Shown: in pieces, positions 1 through 13,650 of the stretch
Position numbering within the stretch: the first letter of the stretch is position 1
Layout of the letters: every line of letters begins with the position of its first letter
Assembly (NCBI RefSeq): GCF_006345805.1
Contig: NC_043007.1
Span: forward strand, 53,320,001 to 53,384,000
Reading direction: 5' to 3'
DNA length: 64,000 bases
From: Octopus sinensis
Taxonomy: Eukaryota
Program-made: the position numbers and the translations under genes
Notes under the pieces: model-generated
The model's database searches: none
The model's input: only the letters and a program-made list of their open reading frames with translations
What the model was told of the DNA's origin: nothing

Positions 1-149
1 TGGATTTACCTCTACCACAGGTTCCCTCCACACTTAGAAATCAGCTCTTCTTTACCCAGCTGTCCTCATCCATAGACATCACATGGCCATACCAGCACAG
101 TCATCTCTCTTGCACACCATATCAGATGTTTCTTGTGCCCAACTTTTCA

Positions 150-965
150 GACCATCATGGAGAAAGCCTTTGACAGAGTACCCGCTCCCTTATCTGATGG
201 TCAATGTGGAAGCTAGGTGTCAATGAGTTGTTGGTGAGAGCTGTACAAGCCATGTACAGGGGTGCTGTTAGGAAGGTGAAGGTTTTCAAGGAGTTTAGCA
301 AGAAATTCAGGGTACAAGTAGGTGTTCACCAAGGATCAGTCCTCAACCCCTCTTGTTCATCATAGTCCTCCAGGTAATAACAGAGGAATTCAAGTCAGGC
401 TGCCCTTGAGAGCTCCTCTATGCTGATGACCTTGTTCTTATAGCCAAATCACTATGAGAACTAGAGAAGAAATTTCTGATATGGAAGCAAGATCTAGAAT
501 TAAAGGGCCTTAGAGTTGATGTAGCAAAAACCAAAGTTTTGGTAAGTAGGAAAGCAGACAAATCACAAATCCCTACAGGCAGATAGCCCTGCTTAATCTG
601 TAGGAAAGGCATTGGTAGGAATTCCATAAGATGTACCTTGTGCAAGCTATGGACAGATAAGAGGTGCAACAATATCCAAGGAAGGTTAACTGGGAAAACA
701 GTTTTTGTGTGTGGAAGGTGCACAGGTACAATAAACACAAAAAAAATGTACAGAAAACAGACTCCATCAACTGCCAGTGGGGTAAGCTAGAGGTAGTTTA
801 TCTGCAAAAATAAGAATAGGCTGGGCAAAGATCGGAGAGTTCCTACTTCTGCTGGCAACAAAGAGCCTCTCCCTCAGATTGAAGGGCAGACTGTATGATG
901 CCTGTGTGCAAACAGCTATGCTGCATGACAGTAAAACATGGGCTGTGGCTGAGTTGCCACTTTGT
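150..965 (+). mobile_element. Degenerate RTE-type LINE, reverse-transcriptase fragment
   Basis: Frameshifted translation gives EKAFDRVP (~162-185), GVHQGSVL-like (~322-345), LLYADDLVL (~413-439) and later VQTAMLHDSKTW; these are non-LTR RT motifs of RTE style. Confidence 0.8.
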
Positions 966-2049
966 CCCACTTTCTAGCACTACTCATTACATATTTTGTG
1001 ATAAGTAAATATTGCACCCAGCCATTGCAACCATCCATACATTTTCTACAAATTTACAAAACTTTTTTTTAAATCTTATTTTTCAGTCTTTTTCACGCTT
1101 GCATACTCCATTTATTCTTTCTTCATTTTTTAGCAATCTTATTCGTCTTCTTTTTTGTATTTTCTTGGGTTTTTTTTTGCTATTTCTGTAATTTTCTCCT
1201 TTCTCTGCTATCTTATTTCTCTATCTTTATTACTTTCTTGTTGTCTTATCTTCCTCTCATATTCTTTCATTTTTAGCTGTCTTTTTTTTCTATCATTTTC
1301 ACCTGATAATTTTTACTATTATACAATGTTATTTTATGAATTTTTACTCTTTTCCTTTCATTTTTTACTGTATTGTGATGTTTCTTTTCTCTTGCCATTT
1401 CTCTTCTACTCATAGTTGTTTATAAGAAAGAAAGTATCATTGAGGCCATTGTTAATTTTACAGCTATGTTCCTTTCTGTAATTGTTTCACCATTTATGGT
1501 AAACAGAGGAAGAATAAAGTTGTTGCTATTTTTGCAATGAACCTAAATTCCTGCATTCTCAATTGAATAATAAGAACATTATTGCCATGTTTTCCATCCC
1601 TATTCATATATATGATATTCCTGCTTTATGTTATTAGAAATGAAAGAATGAAATTGCCTCCAATTGTTGCATATGTGCTGAGGTTTTTTTATGTATTTTT
1701 GGGAAGTTCAGTAATTATTATCAAGTAATAGAGAATTATGTTATATGCTACATTAAATTAGTGGAGCCAAAAGACAACTGAAATTGAGAGAATATATTCT
1801 AATTATAAACAGAATCTTAATAAATCAGTACTAGAAAGTTCCAGATAAATCCCTGCAAGTCAGCATATAATCTGGTTCCAAGAAGAAATTAATACTTCAA
1901 ATGTAAGATTTCTTCCAATCATTATTTTGGACCACTAGGCCCCCAGAAACAGCTGTTGGATTTGTAATACTTTTCTTCAAGCCCTTTAATTCTTGTTATT
2001 TCTATTCTGTGTAAGTCAGACCTGAATAATAATAATAATAATAATAATA

Positions 2050-3950
2050 ACATCAAAAAATACCTTAGGAATGAGAACCCAGGTTTGAAATTTCCCCAGG
2101 ACACCTGAAGAAGGCTGGAGAGTATATCAGCCGAAACATTGTGTTAACAACAAACAAGGTGACAACGAATATCCATCAAATATAAATAATGTACATAATA
2201 CCTCATCTCTCAAATATAGAACTGTATTATCTAATCGGTGTGGAGCTAACATTAGACTTCAATGGAGACATACAGAGAAACTCCATCAGGAACTAGCTCA
2301 TCTTTCAAACCATCTAACTTTCCTGTGTAGATGTAGAGACTCAAAGCTAATACCACCCGGCTTGAATGTAATGATACCAGTGGATTCATATAAAGTTTGA
2401 AGAGTAGCGGAAATGGCAAGACATGCCCTCGTCCGTGAGAAGATCCATTATAACCATTGGAAAAAACATCAACTAAATAATGAAATCAGAGAGAGGTTAT
2501 CTTCATTACTTAGGAGAATAACCAGAGATGATGATTGAAAGAGAATCCAACAAGATCTAGAAAAGTTGTGCAATAAAGAATTTGAAAAGGTGAAGACATG
2601 CCAGGTTAAGAAGTTTATGAAGGTCAGAGAATGAAGACTGAAGTCTGTCACCCACCTGTGAAAGCAGTAATTAACGTAAGTAGCCAACATCTAGAAAGCT
2701 CTGAAGAAGTGGTACTAAACAAAGGTCTCAACTTTGCAACAACCATCAAGTTCATTCCATACTTGGACATAATAGCCCCTATTGAAGAGATAGCCATAAA
2801 AATACCAAAAGCTCAGGGAGATGAACTAAGGTGGAAAATGAGACAAGTACAAGAAAAAACGAAACTTCTCAAACCAAACATCACTAAGGAAGAAAAGTTC
2901 GCTTTCAAAATACAACAGAATGACAATTCCATCATAATACTTCCAACAGACTAGTGGTGATGAACAAGTCTGACTACTCTGAAAAATTGGCAAGTCTCAT
3001 AAGTGATGGTAGCTACAGCAAAGTAAAGAAAGACCCAGCTCTGAAAACAGAGAGGAAGTTGTCACAGATCTTGACCAAGAACAAGGGTCACTTTATACCA
3101 ATGAAGTACAAGCAATACTTGTTGGAAATGTTGACCTTCTGTGTAGAAACTACCTACATCAGTATGGGAACGGATATATATCAACAAGAAGAGGGTTTAG
3201 CTATGGGTTTGCCATTATCACCAATAATAGCCAATATATTCATGGAATACTTTGAGAATTTGGCTTTAGGATCAACACCACTAAAACCAACCCTATGGCT
3301 GCGATATGTTGATGACACCTTTATACTCTGGCCCCACCAGGAAGATGTCCAAGTACTGTTATATCATGTGAACTCAATAAAGCCATCCATTCAGTTCACA
3401 ATGGAAAAGGAAAAAGACAATCAGCTAGCATTCCTGGGTGTATTAATAACACACACCAAGTATGGATCCAGTACGTCTATATACCGCAAGCCAGCCTTCA
3501 CCAGACAATACCTCAACTTCAATTCCCACCATCCATACAGTGTAAAGAGGGGGATTGCTCAGTGCCTAAAACATCAAGCAAAGAATATAAGTAGCGATCC
3601 TGATAAACACCATGAAGAAATGATCAAGCTAAGTAGCAATCTATTAAGCAACAACTACCCCAAAAGCACACAATTATGAAGAGAAGAGAGGATGGAACCC
3701 ATAAACTGACCACAGTCTGTATACCCTATGTGAAAGGCTTCTCCGAAAAGATACAAAAGATATGCAACCCATATGACATTACCTCCTTCAAGTAAAACCA
3801 CCAATAGAAGAGAATATGACCAAAGACTATGTGTACTCCATCCCATGCAGCTGTGGTAGGTTATACAAAGATGAAACATGCTGCCCCTCAAAATAAGGAT
3901 AGAGGGATATCGCAAAGCTGGAGAGTATATCAGCTAAAACAAGATGAGGC
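2050..3950 (+). mobile_element. Degenerate Penelope-like element (Penelope/Poseidon type) with RT and start of GIY-YIG endonuclease
   Basis: ORFs 2631-2954 and 2954-3679 (LNKGLNFA, YQQEEGLAMGLPLSPIIANIFMEYFE, WLRYVDDTF, SIYRKP, FNSHHP); VYSIPCSCGRLY at ~3830-3865; the pLTR motif GCTGGAGAGTATATCAGC occurs at ~2114 and again at ~3917. Confidence 0.85.
2099..2145 (+). ncRNA. Minimal type I hammerhead ribozyme in PLE pseudo-LTR (probably decayed)
   Basis: ACAC | CTGAAGA (2105-2111) A | GGCTG..CAGCC stem II | GAA | ACAT (ACGT expected for a palindromic stem III) T | GTGT, which pairs with ACAC as stem I. Confidence 0.7.
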
Positions 3951-3959
3951 CAAATATAA

Positions 3960-5990
3960 TTGTGCAACAAATTTCAGGTTCAAAAAGAGTACAAGTTAAG
4001 TAAGCCTTGTTTCTGGGTCAAAAAGTTGTCCTGATTCTGACTGTTATTTCTCCAGATTAGGCACCGTTTTCCTGTACCATGAACCATGTTTTATAAACAT
4101 TGCAAATACTTAAAGTTACAAAAATCAAAACAAAAATTTAGTTGGTATGACAAAACATATATTGGTTATGTATTAAAAACACACCTGTCAGTTTAAACAA
4201 CATTTGTCTTTTTAAGCTTCTTGTGCGGAGTGATCTTTTTTTATACCCCAGCAGTAGTCTGCCAACATGGCAGGGTACCAGTTTCCTTTGAATCGTCACT
4301 CCATCACTGAAATATCCTGATGTAATCTTTCGCCATGTTCATCACTCATATCACCAAGATTTTCCGCAAAAAAGTCCAAATGAGAGTGAAGCACATGAAC
4401 TTTTAGAGACATGTTATATCCCATATCATGATAATGACTCAGCAGATCATTCACAACTTGCACATAGTCTTCTGAACGATGGTTGCCCAGGAAACTTTCT
4501 TGAATGACTTAAAGGCAAGCTTCTCTTTTCTCTTAAGATGTGTGATGAAGGTTTCATCTAGTACAATTTTTCGAATTTGGGAACCTATGAAGAAACCTTC
4601 TTTAATTTTAGCTTGACTCAGGGAAGGGAACTTTTCTGCAAGATATGCAAATGCGGAGGGTTCCTTGTCCAAGGCTTTCACAAATTGCTTAAACAAACCA
4701 AGTTTAATATGCAAAGGTGGTAAAAAAATTCTATCACTTTTCACAAGTGATTTGTGCATGGTGCAGTGTTTTCCTTGCTCAACTTCATCTCGGATCAGCC
4801 AATCTTTGTGTACATAATGTTCAGCTCTTGCTCCGGAATTCCATAAGCACAGGAAGCATCAAAATTTAGTATAGCCAAGCTAAAGGCCAGTAAGCATGGT
4901 CACAACCTTAAAATCTGCACAAATGTGCCAGGTATGGTCATCATACTGTATGCTTGTTAGAATTGCTTTCAGATTTTCATATGATTCTTTCATGGTTGTA
5001 CTGTAAGCTATGGGAATTAAGAAGGCAGAGTATTACCATTGTGTAGCAGAACAGCTTTGATGCTGTCCTTGGATGCATCTATGAAAAGTCGCTAGTTGGT
5101 TTTATCATATGGTATTTCCAGTTGCTTAAAAAGTTCAGTGATGTCATTACAAAAGCATAAGTCATTCTTCATGGTGAATAATGCAAACAGATCCTCTGTA
5201 CGTTATCTGTACAGTGTTATCTTCACTCCTTTCTCAAGACGATTACATTCCTGAAGTCTTGATGCCAGAAACACAGTTTTCTCTTTGGTTAAATAGAGAT
5301 CCCTGCACAAGTCATTTAGTGCCTCTTGAGAAAATGTTATTGGTTTATTCTCGCTTTCTGGGTCATTGGGCTTCACACATTCACCACTGGAATGTTCATC
5401 AGCAATGCTGGAACTCTAGATTTTTTGATCTGGAGGTTTGGGCACAGGTAAATTTTCTGAGTGCTCTACTGGGCGCATTACTGATTGCAAATTTGGGTAA
5501 ACAATGTGTTTCTTTTTCTTTGCTGTTGTACAGCCTGTAACGTCATGGTGACAGAAATAGCAATCATTAGAGTGATCTTTCTGTTCACACCAAATCATTG
5601 GCACACCAAATTTCATGTGAACATTTTTTCCTGCATACCAGGCACTCAATGTCTTCACACATGTAAGGCAACACACATGAAGAGCCCATGACTGGTCTCC
5701 TAAGTAACAATCGAAGTACACCTTGTATATTTTCTTGATATGGCGTGTAAATAGCAAAAGTCAATTCCCCACAGATATAACAGAATCTGTTTGGATCATT
5801 TTTGCACTGTCTTGCACTCATTGTTGAAAACAAATAAGATCTGAAAGATAAAAAATCTCTTATGATAAAAGGCAGACTATGTTCATTTGCTATACGATTG
5901 TACAATATAGAATTTCTTCAATTGGAATTTAGCTATGATTTTTCGAAGTAGATTCGATTGGGTCATGGCATATAAACTTTTTTAAATTTG
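3960..5990 (-). mobile_element. DNA transposon fossil, Chapaev3/CMC-like transposase
   Basis: Minus-strand ORF pieces MSARQCKNDPNRFCYICGELT, HVCCLTC...FGVPMIWCEQKDHSNDCYFC, LPPLHIKLGLFKQFVKALD and a degraded catalytic C-terminus. The superfamily assignment is from memory of this Cys-rich transposase family; TIRs not clearly resolved. Confidence 0.6.
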
Positions 5991-6265
5991 CCCCCCCCCC
6001 CCCATTAAGTAAAAATTCGATAAAACTCAATATTTTACGATTTGCCTCTCTCATTTCAACTGCTTTACTCTTTCTATTACCACACTTTCTGCTACTTTCT
6101 CTTTGCAAGTGTATACCACTCTTAAAAATACATTCAACATCACACATTCTCCTACTTTCTCTTATTAATGCTTAAACCACTCCTCAAAAAAAAGACAGAG
6201 AAAAAATAAATACATAATGATTTACTCCTCACACACACACACACATAGACACGCAAACATATACA

Positions 6266-6897
6266 TCTACTTTCTCTTTGCAAACCACTCCTCAAAAAAA
6301 AGACAGAGAGAAAACAGAAAAAAATAAATACATAACGATTTACTCTTCACACACACACATAGACACACAAACATATACATATATAACAGTGACAAACAAA
6401 CGTTTCAAACAACTACATACAAACACTCAAACACACACACACAATTCACTTCATCTATTCAGCACCACTACAGTCTTGCCGGTCTGACATATGGTGAGTA
6501 GATGCTATTGTTCTATATTTTATAAATTACCCATATTTACTTACCCATGCTTCATTCCCCTCTTGCCTACATAGGGCATCCATTCTCTTTTAACACAGCA
6601 TGAAGTTTTGTAACAGTACATCCGCTGCCATTCGTACACCGCCTTCCATGACTATCAAATTCTTACAATTATGAGAACAATAACATGGCTCTTTTCAAGG
6701 CCACCTCACATTCAATTCTTACACCATTCTACGAGGGGGTAGGAACCCCTTTACACGGCTTTCTATACACTTACAAATACATTCATTCGCCGTAAACTTA
6801 TATCAATATTTGCCTGAATAATCATCATAATTCAGTGCAATCATTAACAGTACTTTCAAGCAATTCAGCTCCGAGCAACGCCGGGCAATTCTGCTAG
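6266..6897 (+). mobile_element. Non-autonomous Helitron-like element
   Basis: 3' end has hairpin CTCCGAGCAACGCCGGG then CTAG (6894-6897) followed by T, the same terminus as the copies at 36912 and 39493; candidate A|TC 5' end at 6266 (less certain). Confidence 0.6.
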
Positions 6898-7289
6898 TAA
6901 CATTAAACACAAGCTTTGAATCACATTGTAGGTGTTACTAAGATTGGTCTCTAGCCCTAAACCCATTTTACAATGTGGTAGAGAATTTTATTTAATAATA
7001 ATGACAAAAAGGGTATACAGTGAAAATTCTGTAGAAACCATGCCTAATTCAACAAAAAGAAGGCCAGAAATGGATTTCCCATGTCATTTGACATATAAAA
7101 ATGACCACAAATCTCTTGTACGTTTTTTAGTGTCGCACAGTGTATCCAACAAATGTAAATAATGTACATAATTCCTCATCTCTCAAATATAGAACTGTTT
7201 TAATATTCTTTGTATATCAACCTGCCTAACTTGCTTATCCTTACATTTACTCCTCCATCCACTCAAGTTTAAACTTCTTGAGCACTACT

Positions 7290-8300
7290 AAGTATATTCT
7301 ATACAGAGAATATCTAATTCTCATCTTCAGATGTGAAGACCTTATCTGTTGAAGTCAGTAGGTTGCATCTGGAAATAAGTTCATCATCATCTGAAAAGTG
7401 CTTCCCCTTCCAAAAAAGATTTCATGATTGGACAGAGGTAGAAGTTAGATGGTGCAAGGTTGGGAGAGTAAGGAGGTTGAAGAAGGATTTCATAGCTGCA
7501 AGGAGTGTGCTTTCATCTGGGCAACATGTGCATTGTGAACTGGAGCAGTGTCTTGGAGGATGCAGACTCCTTTGGTCAACATGCCATGCCTCTCTCGGCT
7601 TTGATGGCATCCTGCAATTTCTGCAGCAGAGAAGCATAATATACTCTGTTAATTGTGGTGCCCTTTGCCAGAAAATTCATCATCACTACTCCATGCTGGT
7701 CCCAAAAGACTGAGCACCTTACCTGCTGAGGATTGGTGAGGTATGATGCTTGCATTGCTTCAACTGGACTTCAGTCTCAGGATCATAGTGATAGACCCAT
7801 GTTTCATCCTGTGTGGTAAGTCTGCTGAAAAAGTCTCCCTCATTTTCTTGGCACACTGCCAAAAGAACCTGGGAACAATTGACTTGTTCCTGCTTCTGAA
7901 AAAATGTGAGCATCCAGGGAATCCATCATGCAGACAACTTCTGCATGTGCAAATGGTTGTGAATGATTTTTTCCCACATACCCTACACTTATCTTCACTT
8001 CTTGGCCTAGTTGCCAAATAGTTATGCAACATTCCTTCAAAATGGCAGCTTCCACTTTATGGATGGTGTCGTCATCAATGGCGGAATGTGGTCAGCCAGG
8101 AATAGGAGCAGTTTCCCCCCCAATGTCCAACCACATTTGAACTGGTGATGCTAGTTCTTGACAATGCCATATGATGGTGCATCATCACCATAAACCTTTT
8201 TTCATCTCATCAAAAGTTTTTTTGGTGTACAACCTTTCAAGTATAAGAACCTGATCACTGATCTGCTTTCAGCTGCCTCCATTGTAACACCTTAGTCCAT
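7290..8300 (-). mobile_element. Degenerate mariner (DD34D) transposon
   Basis: Minus-strand fragments TIWQLGQEVKISVG, FFSRLTTQDETWVYHYDPET, FWQKGTTIN..YYASLLQKL and a degraded YSPDLAPSD region. Confidence 0.8.
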
Positions 8301-8989
8301 TTCAGCAGCCATAGAAGACAAATGAATACTAGTGGAAAGTTGAAATTTACAAGGTGACACGTAGAGACATGTTTGATGATACTTGTACAAGTTCCGTTTC
8401 CGGAAGTGGGTCAGGGGAAATCTTTAATGAACACCCCTCATATATAGTTCTAAAAAATAAATCATGGCAAATGAGTTTCAAAAGAATCTTTCTCACAGAA
8501 TCTCCCAGATCAAATGCTCATATTTTTTTTACATTTACATTCAGATAAAGCAGGCAATGTATATGCTATTTTAATCAAAAATATAGTTACTAAGGAAGTA
8601 AATATGAATTATGAAAAAAAAAAAACTAGAAAAAATTATCTAAAAAATACAAATTATAAGGGTTATAAATTAGACACTGAATTCACTTTAGCTGATAGGA
8701 CCGAGCCCTTTAAGCCTAAGATCCCTCATTTAAATGTTAAAGACCATATAAGCACAGTTTAGAGGAAAATTCATTATTCATACTAGTGAGAGGATTCTAG
8801 ATAATATAGTACCAAAATGAAAAATTCTATAAAACTATTTCTTTTGGATAGCTCTGGTGAAGTGATATAGTGTTTTGTTAGGTTGCTATACAAGCAAAAA
8901 GTTTCATTCTTGTAGTTTGATATCAGTAGTTACTATTCATCCATATCGCCTTTACTTTTGAATAAGAAACTTGAATTTTGCAATGTTAT

Positions 8990-10209
8990 TTTATTCACTT
9001 ACTTTTACATGTTTACACTTTTATTGCCTTCAAAGTACTCTCCATTTGAAGCAACCCATCAATCCAGACATGTTTTCCACTGTTTGAAGCAATCCTGGAA
9101 CTCTTGTGAAGTGATGCCTTTTAATGCCTCCATCACTTTTTCTTCACCTCTTCCACATCTGCAAAACATTTTCCTTTAAGGACTTTTTTCATTTGGGGAA
9201 ACAAAAAAAAAAGTTGCTGGGAGCAAGATCAGGTGAACAAGGAGAGTGGGTAAGCAGGGTCATGCCACTTTTGGTCAAAAACTGTCTCACACTCAAGGTG
9301 GTATCATTGTCATGATGAAACCACCACTTTCCACTTTTCCACAGGTTAGGGTGATTTCATCTTAACACATTTCACAAATACTTCAGAACTGCCAAGTAAA
9401 ACATTTGGTTAACAGTTTGACCAAGAGGAACAAATGCTGTGTGGACAATTCCTTTCACATCGATGAAACAAATCAGCATCATCTTGACATTAGACTTCAT
9501 TTGACATGCTTTTTGAGGTGAGGTGACATTGAATGCTTCCATTGACTTAATTGCTGTTTCATTTCTGGGTCGTAGCCATAGCACCAGTTTTCATCACCAG
9601 AAAAAGGTCCAAATCAACTTCCAACTGTTCTTTCAGTACACAACACGCATTCAGTCATGACTACTTTTGATCTTTTTCATTTGCAATTCCTCACTCAAAA
9701 CTTGTTGGTAGGAGTTCCAGGACACACCAGTCATATCAACAAGTTCATCAAATGTTTGGCAATGGTCCTCCAAGATCAATTCATGAATTTTCGTGATGTT
9801 TTCATCCATTCAGGAAGTTGATGGTCACCCTGAACAAGGTTGGTCTTCAAGTTCATAGGGGCCATTCCTAAGGCATGAAAACCACTTGTAAACTTGTGTT
9901 TTGCTCAAGGCAACATCCTTGTAAGCTGTCTAAAGCATAACAACTGTTTTGGTTGCCGTTTTCCCCAGCAGAAAATAGAATTTCACAAAAGCAGACTGTT
10001 CTTTTGTTTTAGCCATTGCAAAAATCAACAAGGAAGAATCACTGCAAAACAATAACACACGACATGACAAAATGACCTCACTCGCCACTGCCAGTCAGCA
10101 GATTGATCCCTGAGGGTTTCAATGAGTGGCTTCTAGCAGTGGAAGTCTGAACTACAACTGGCTTTCCCCACAGAGAACGTTTCCAGTTGCTTTTGGATAC
10201 CTCCTTGTA
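8990..10209 (-). mobile_element. Second degenerate mariner transposon
   Basis: ORF 9372-9584 (KSNVKMMLICFIDVKGIVHTAFVPLGQTVNQMFYLAVL); terminal TACAAGGAGGTATCCAAAAGCAACTGGAA on the minus strand ending at TA 10208-10209 resembles a mariner TIR. Confidence 0.8.
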
Positions 10210-11921
10210 TTTTCACTAGCTTAACAGATAAAGATATGGTCATAATTTTAGCATCTTATAATTTTAGCACTGATCTTATTCCAAGACAATTATTGTACTA
10301 GAAAATCCAGAACTAATAATTTTGATACTGACTCCTACAATTCAGCTCAGATAGCTGATTTACATAAATTTTTTAAAATTTCTCTTTCCACAACTATTAA
10401 TTTCTCCACTTCTGACTTAGAGCAACTTTAAAAAATCCTTTCATTAATTCTTTAGGAATTAAAATCTTTTGATAAGAATATAAAAATTGTTGATATCCTT
10501 GATGGCCTTCTGGCCTTTTTTATCCTTTTCCAATGAACCTCTATAGTACACAAATAAGAAATCTAATCATCCTAAATCAGTAATAGTTCCATTAGAAATA
10601 ATAGCTCAATGAAAAGAATTTTAATGACAATGCATCCTATTATAATGAAGTGTAGGTGAGATGTGATTATCATGAGAAAGCATTAAACTAAGGCTCCAGC
10701 TTAATCAAACTCTCCCTACCAATACAGTTTCTAAGGTAAAACTTAGAAATATAATTCAAAATTTCCAACTATAAAGAGCTACACATTTAATAGAAGTTTC
10801 ATTAACATACCTAAACAAGTGAGTGAACAACCATTAGCAAAGTTTGGAGATGGGGAATATGAATAAGTTAAGAAAAATTGACATTCTAGTGAAATTAAAA
10901 GAAAGAAATATTTTCTTACTTCAAACTAATTCCTGTAACAATTAGTTAATTAATAATTAATGAAGGAATATGTTATCCCTGGTATGGTATCATTGTAACA
11001 AGGGCAGATGGTGCTCTACTGGTTGGTAATTACAGAGGCCTTAAAGTAGTTTAGAGAATACTAACATAATTAGTACAACATAGAGTTAAAGGATTTGTGT
11101 CAGGATATGAGATCATGGGTGCTGTACTTCTAGTGAAACAATTCAGTAATAGAAGTTTTTAATGAAGAACAAGCTGCTTGATTTACTTTGTATTTGTTGA
11201 AATGGAGATGGCAGCTTCTCATATATATTATTTCTGAGAATATTAGGTGCTGATAAATGGTCTGCGTGAGTTTCAAGATATGTCTTTATCAGCAGTGTTA
11301 AAATTGTTAGAAAGTTGAGTAAAGGTGGCTACCCCCCATCTCCAAACTACTCATTATAATTCTTAAGGTAATAATGTCTCAGTTCATAACTTGATGTCCT
11401 TGAGAATATTTATATGCTGCTATTTCTTATTGCAAATCTAGCCAAGAGCTGCAGAAAAAGTTTCAAAACAGTTTAAAATTTCAATATGCTGCTAATTAGT
11501 AACAGAAGGCACAAAATAAATGGACACTCAAAGGAAGTGGGATTTCTAGCAAGATTACCCAAGAACCCAAACTTTACATGTATCATGATGCATAGGAGTA
11601 TTTAACCATAAGTCTATCTGTAAAATGAAGTCCACAAACTGTTCTCAACTATGAATACCACTAATTCTTTCCAAAGGTTAGCTGTCAAAACATATACAAC
11701 ATAATCTGACTACCATATTGCATATTTGCCTGTCATGCTCCCAGACTTGAGTTTCCATGCCCACCTGCATAATATAACTACATATAATATATGACAGGAG
11801 CAACTAGTACTTTGGAGGTTGTCCAGTTTGGATCAAAATTGACATTTGCTAAATGTATTTAAATTTTGTAAATTTTGTATGTTGATGAAATTCCACATTA
11901 ATTCTTTTTTTTTTTTTACAG

Positions 11922-11983
11922 GGGTGGAAATGTGTATATGTCACCAAATACTGTCGTATTAACAAAAATTACAGAGAATATTG
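11922..11983 (+). CDS. Candidate internal (penultimate) coding exon of a host gene: GGNVYMSPNTVVLTKITENI
   Basis: Long poly-T acceptor ending TTTACAG at 11921; donor GTAAGT at 11984; open frame whose end phase matches the exon at 15180. Confidence 0.7.
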
Positions 11984-12194
11984 GTAAGTGTTTGTAAAAT
12001 AAAAGAAAACTTAAAATTTCTAGGCTTTTACTATCATGCACCTGTTTATCAGTTTTCTAACTAAACCATAAGTTATAGGCTTTAAAGTATGTTGGTCATT
12101 ATTTTAATGATGCTATGATTGTGAAATTTGGTTCCTACACTGAGCAGGCTGAGTTGGTTTATAGAATATGTTCTGTATGGTGCTAATTACTATA

Positions 12195-12990
12195 AAGTGC
12201 AGGTGAACTTGAAGGAAGCACTTATGTTCTCAAGGCATACAGCAATGACAAAATAATTCTCTCTCTTTATGGCATGGTCTGACATGATTTAAAAAGTCCT
12301 GATTGTTATATGCCTGTGTAGACAATATTAAGTAGGTATTCAAAAAGAAGAGATTAAACTATGATGCACCTAGAAAATTGTGTAAGCAACAAGAATGGTA
12401 ATGTACTTTGATTTCAGTAAGGGGAATTGCTGTGAAATGGAAGCTAGTTCTGCTATGTGCTTCCTAGCTGATATTGAATTTGGGAAGGACAGTAGGGCTG
12501 TGATTCATGAACTAAAAAAGGAAGTAGAAAATGCTTCATTGTAGATATGGCAGGTTATATGTAGGAGAAAAAAAAATCAAAGCTGTTAGCAAAGAACAAA
12601 TCTTCAGCAAACAGTAAAACAAAATAGTTGTTGCATGTTTGGAGTCTTTATACTGATTCATGAACTAAAAAAGGAAGTAGAAAATGCTTCATTGTAGATA
12701 TGGCAGGTTATATGTAGGAGAAAAAAAAATCAAAGCTGTTAGCAAAGAACAAATCTTCAGCAAACAGTAAAACAAAATAGTTGTTGCATGTTTGGAGTCT
12801 TTATAGTTGCACCTAGTCATGTGCGGTAGCTGCATGGATAATGGAGGGGAAAAGCATGCTACAGTTTAGACCAAAGGAACTTGGATATTCTCTGATAGCA
12901 TCAGTCCTGTTCAGCACTGCTGGATTGAGCAACACTGTTGGAAGGTACTGAAATCATTATGGTTGACAACTAAGGAAAGATGTGTCCCAC
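12195..12990 (+). mobile_element. Highly degenerate RTE-like LINE remnant in the intron
   Basis: Composition and residual similarity to the RTE C-terminal region at 700-960 (e.g. CATGTGCGGTAGCTGCATGGA); weak by-eye evidence. Confidence 0.4.
12501..12805. repeat. Perfect 152-bp tandem duplication with a 1-nt spacer
   Basis: 12501-12652 is identical by eye to 12654-12805 (TGATTCATGAAC...GGAGTCTTTATA). Confidence 0.95.
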
Positions 12991-13469
12991 AGTGCAAGTT
13001 GTAGGTAAAATATTGTTTTGATAAATTTGCATAATTTCTTTCTAGTTTATTTCCTCTGTATTAATGCCTCCATTTTTTGTAGCTATAATTTCACAAATGC
13101 TACAAATATGCTTTTTTGAATAATTTATCAAATTCACAGAATCATCACCCTACTTGCTAATCTATCCTTCTTGACTCACTTCTATCTTTCTTACCTTACC
13201 CCTCCCCACACACTATATTTACCATCAACTGCATGTCTTACCCTTGTTCATCACTCACTGCATTCACCTCTATCTCTAACCATCCATTACACTTCTCCTT
13301 CCCTCCTTGATCCACAATCCATATTCTCTCATATTCTTGTACTTTGAGAGTTGATTCTGGCACCTTTATCTTCTTTCCAGCTATTCCCATCTGTCAATAT
13401 ATAATGCAGGGTAGCCATTTTTTCTTTTTATCTTTAATCCTGTCTTGCAATTTACTTGGTAACCCCAAT

Positions 13470-13650
13470 AGTGCTTTTTTCATGCCACCATTAGGACAGA
13501 ATGAAAAAGGTTGGCATCAGGAAGGCCATCCAGCCATAGAAACCATACCAAAGCTAACATTGGAACTTGTAGCTCACCAGATCCTGTCTAACCATCCAAC
13601 ACATACCAATATTGAAAATGGATGTTAAATGAGGATGGTGATGACAACAT
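13470..13650 (+). repeat. RTE-type LINE 3' tail
   Basis: GGTTGGCATCAGGAAGGCCATCCAGCC...GGATGTTAAATGAGGATGGTGATG matches the tail at 52068-52200, which ends in (GAT)n. Confidence 0.65.

Noticed and set aside
1000-1420. Hydrophobic 86-aa ORF (1155-1415)
   Set aside because: Product of a T-rich low-complexity tract.
1459-1497. Possible micro-exon after TTTTTACAG
   Set aside because: Weak donor (GTAAAC) and no supporting homology.
3917-3945. Second copy of the stem II sequence of the 2099 hammerhead
   Set aside because: CTGA core and stems I and III are missing; only a pLTR remnant.
10581-10655. Possible extra upstream exon ending at AG|GTGAGA
   Set aside because: Poor acceptor and an unconvincing peptide (NSSIRNNSSMKRILMTMHPIIMKC); not supported.
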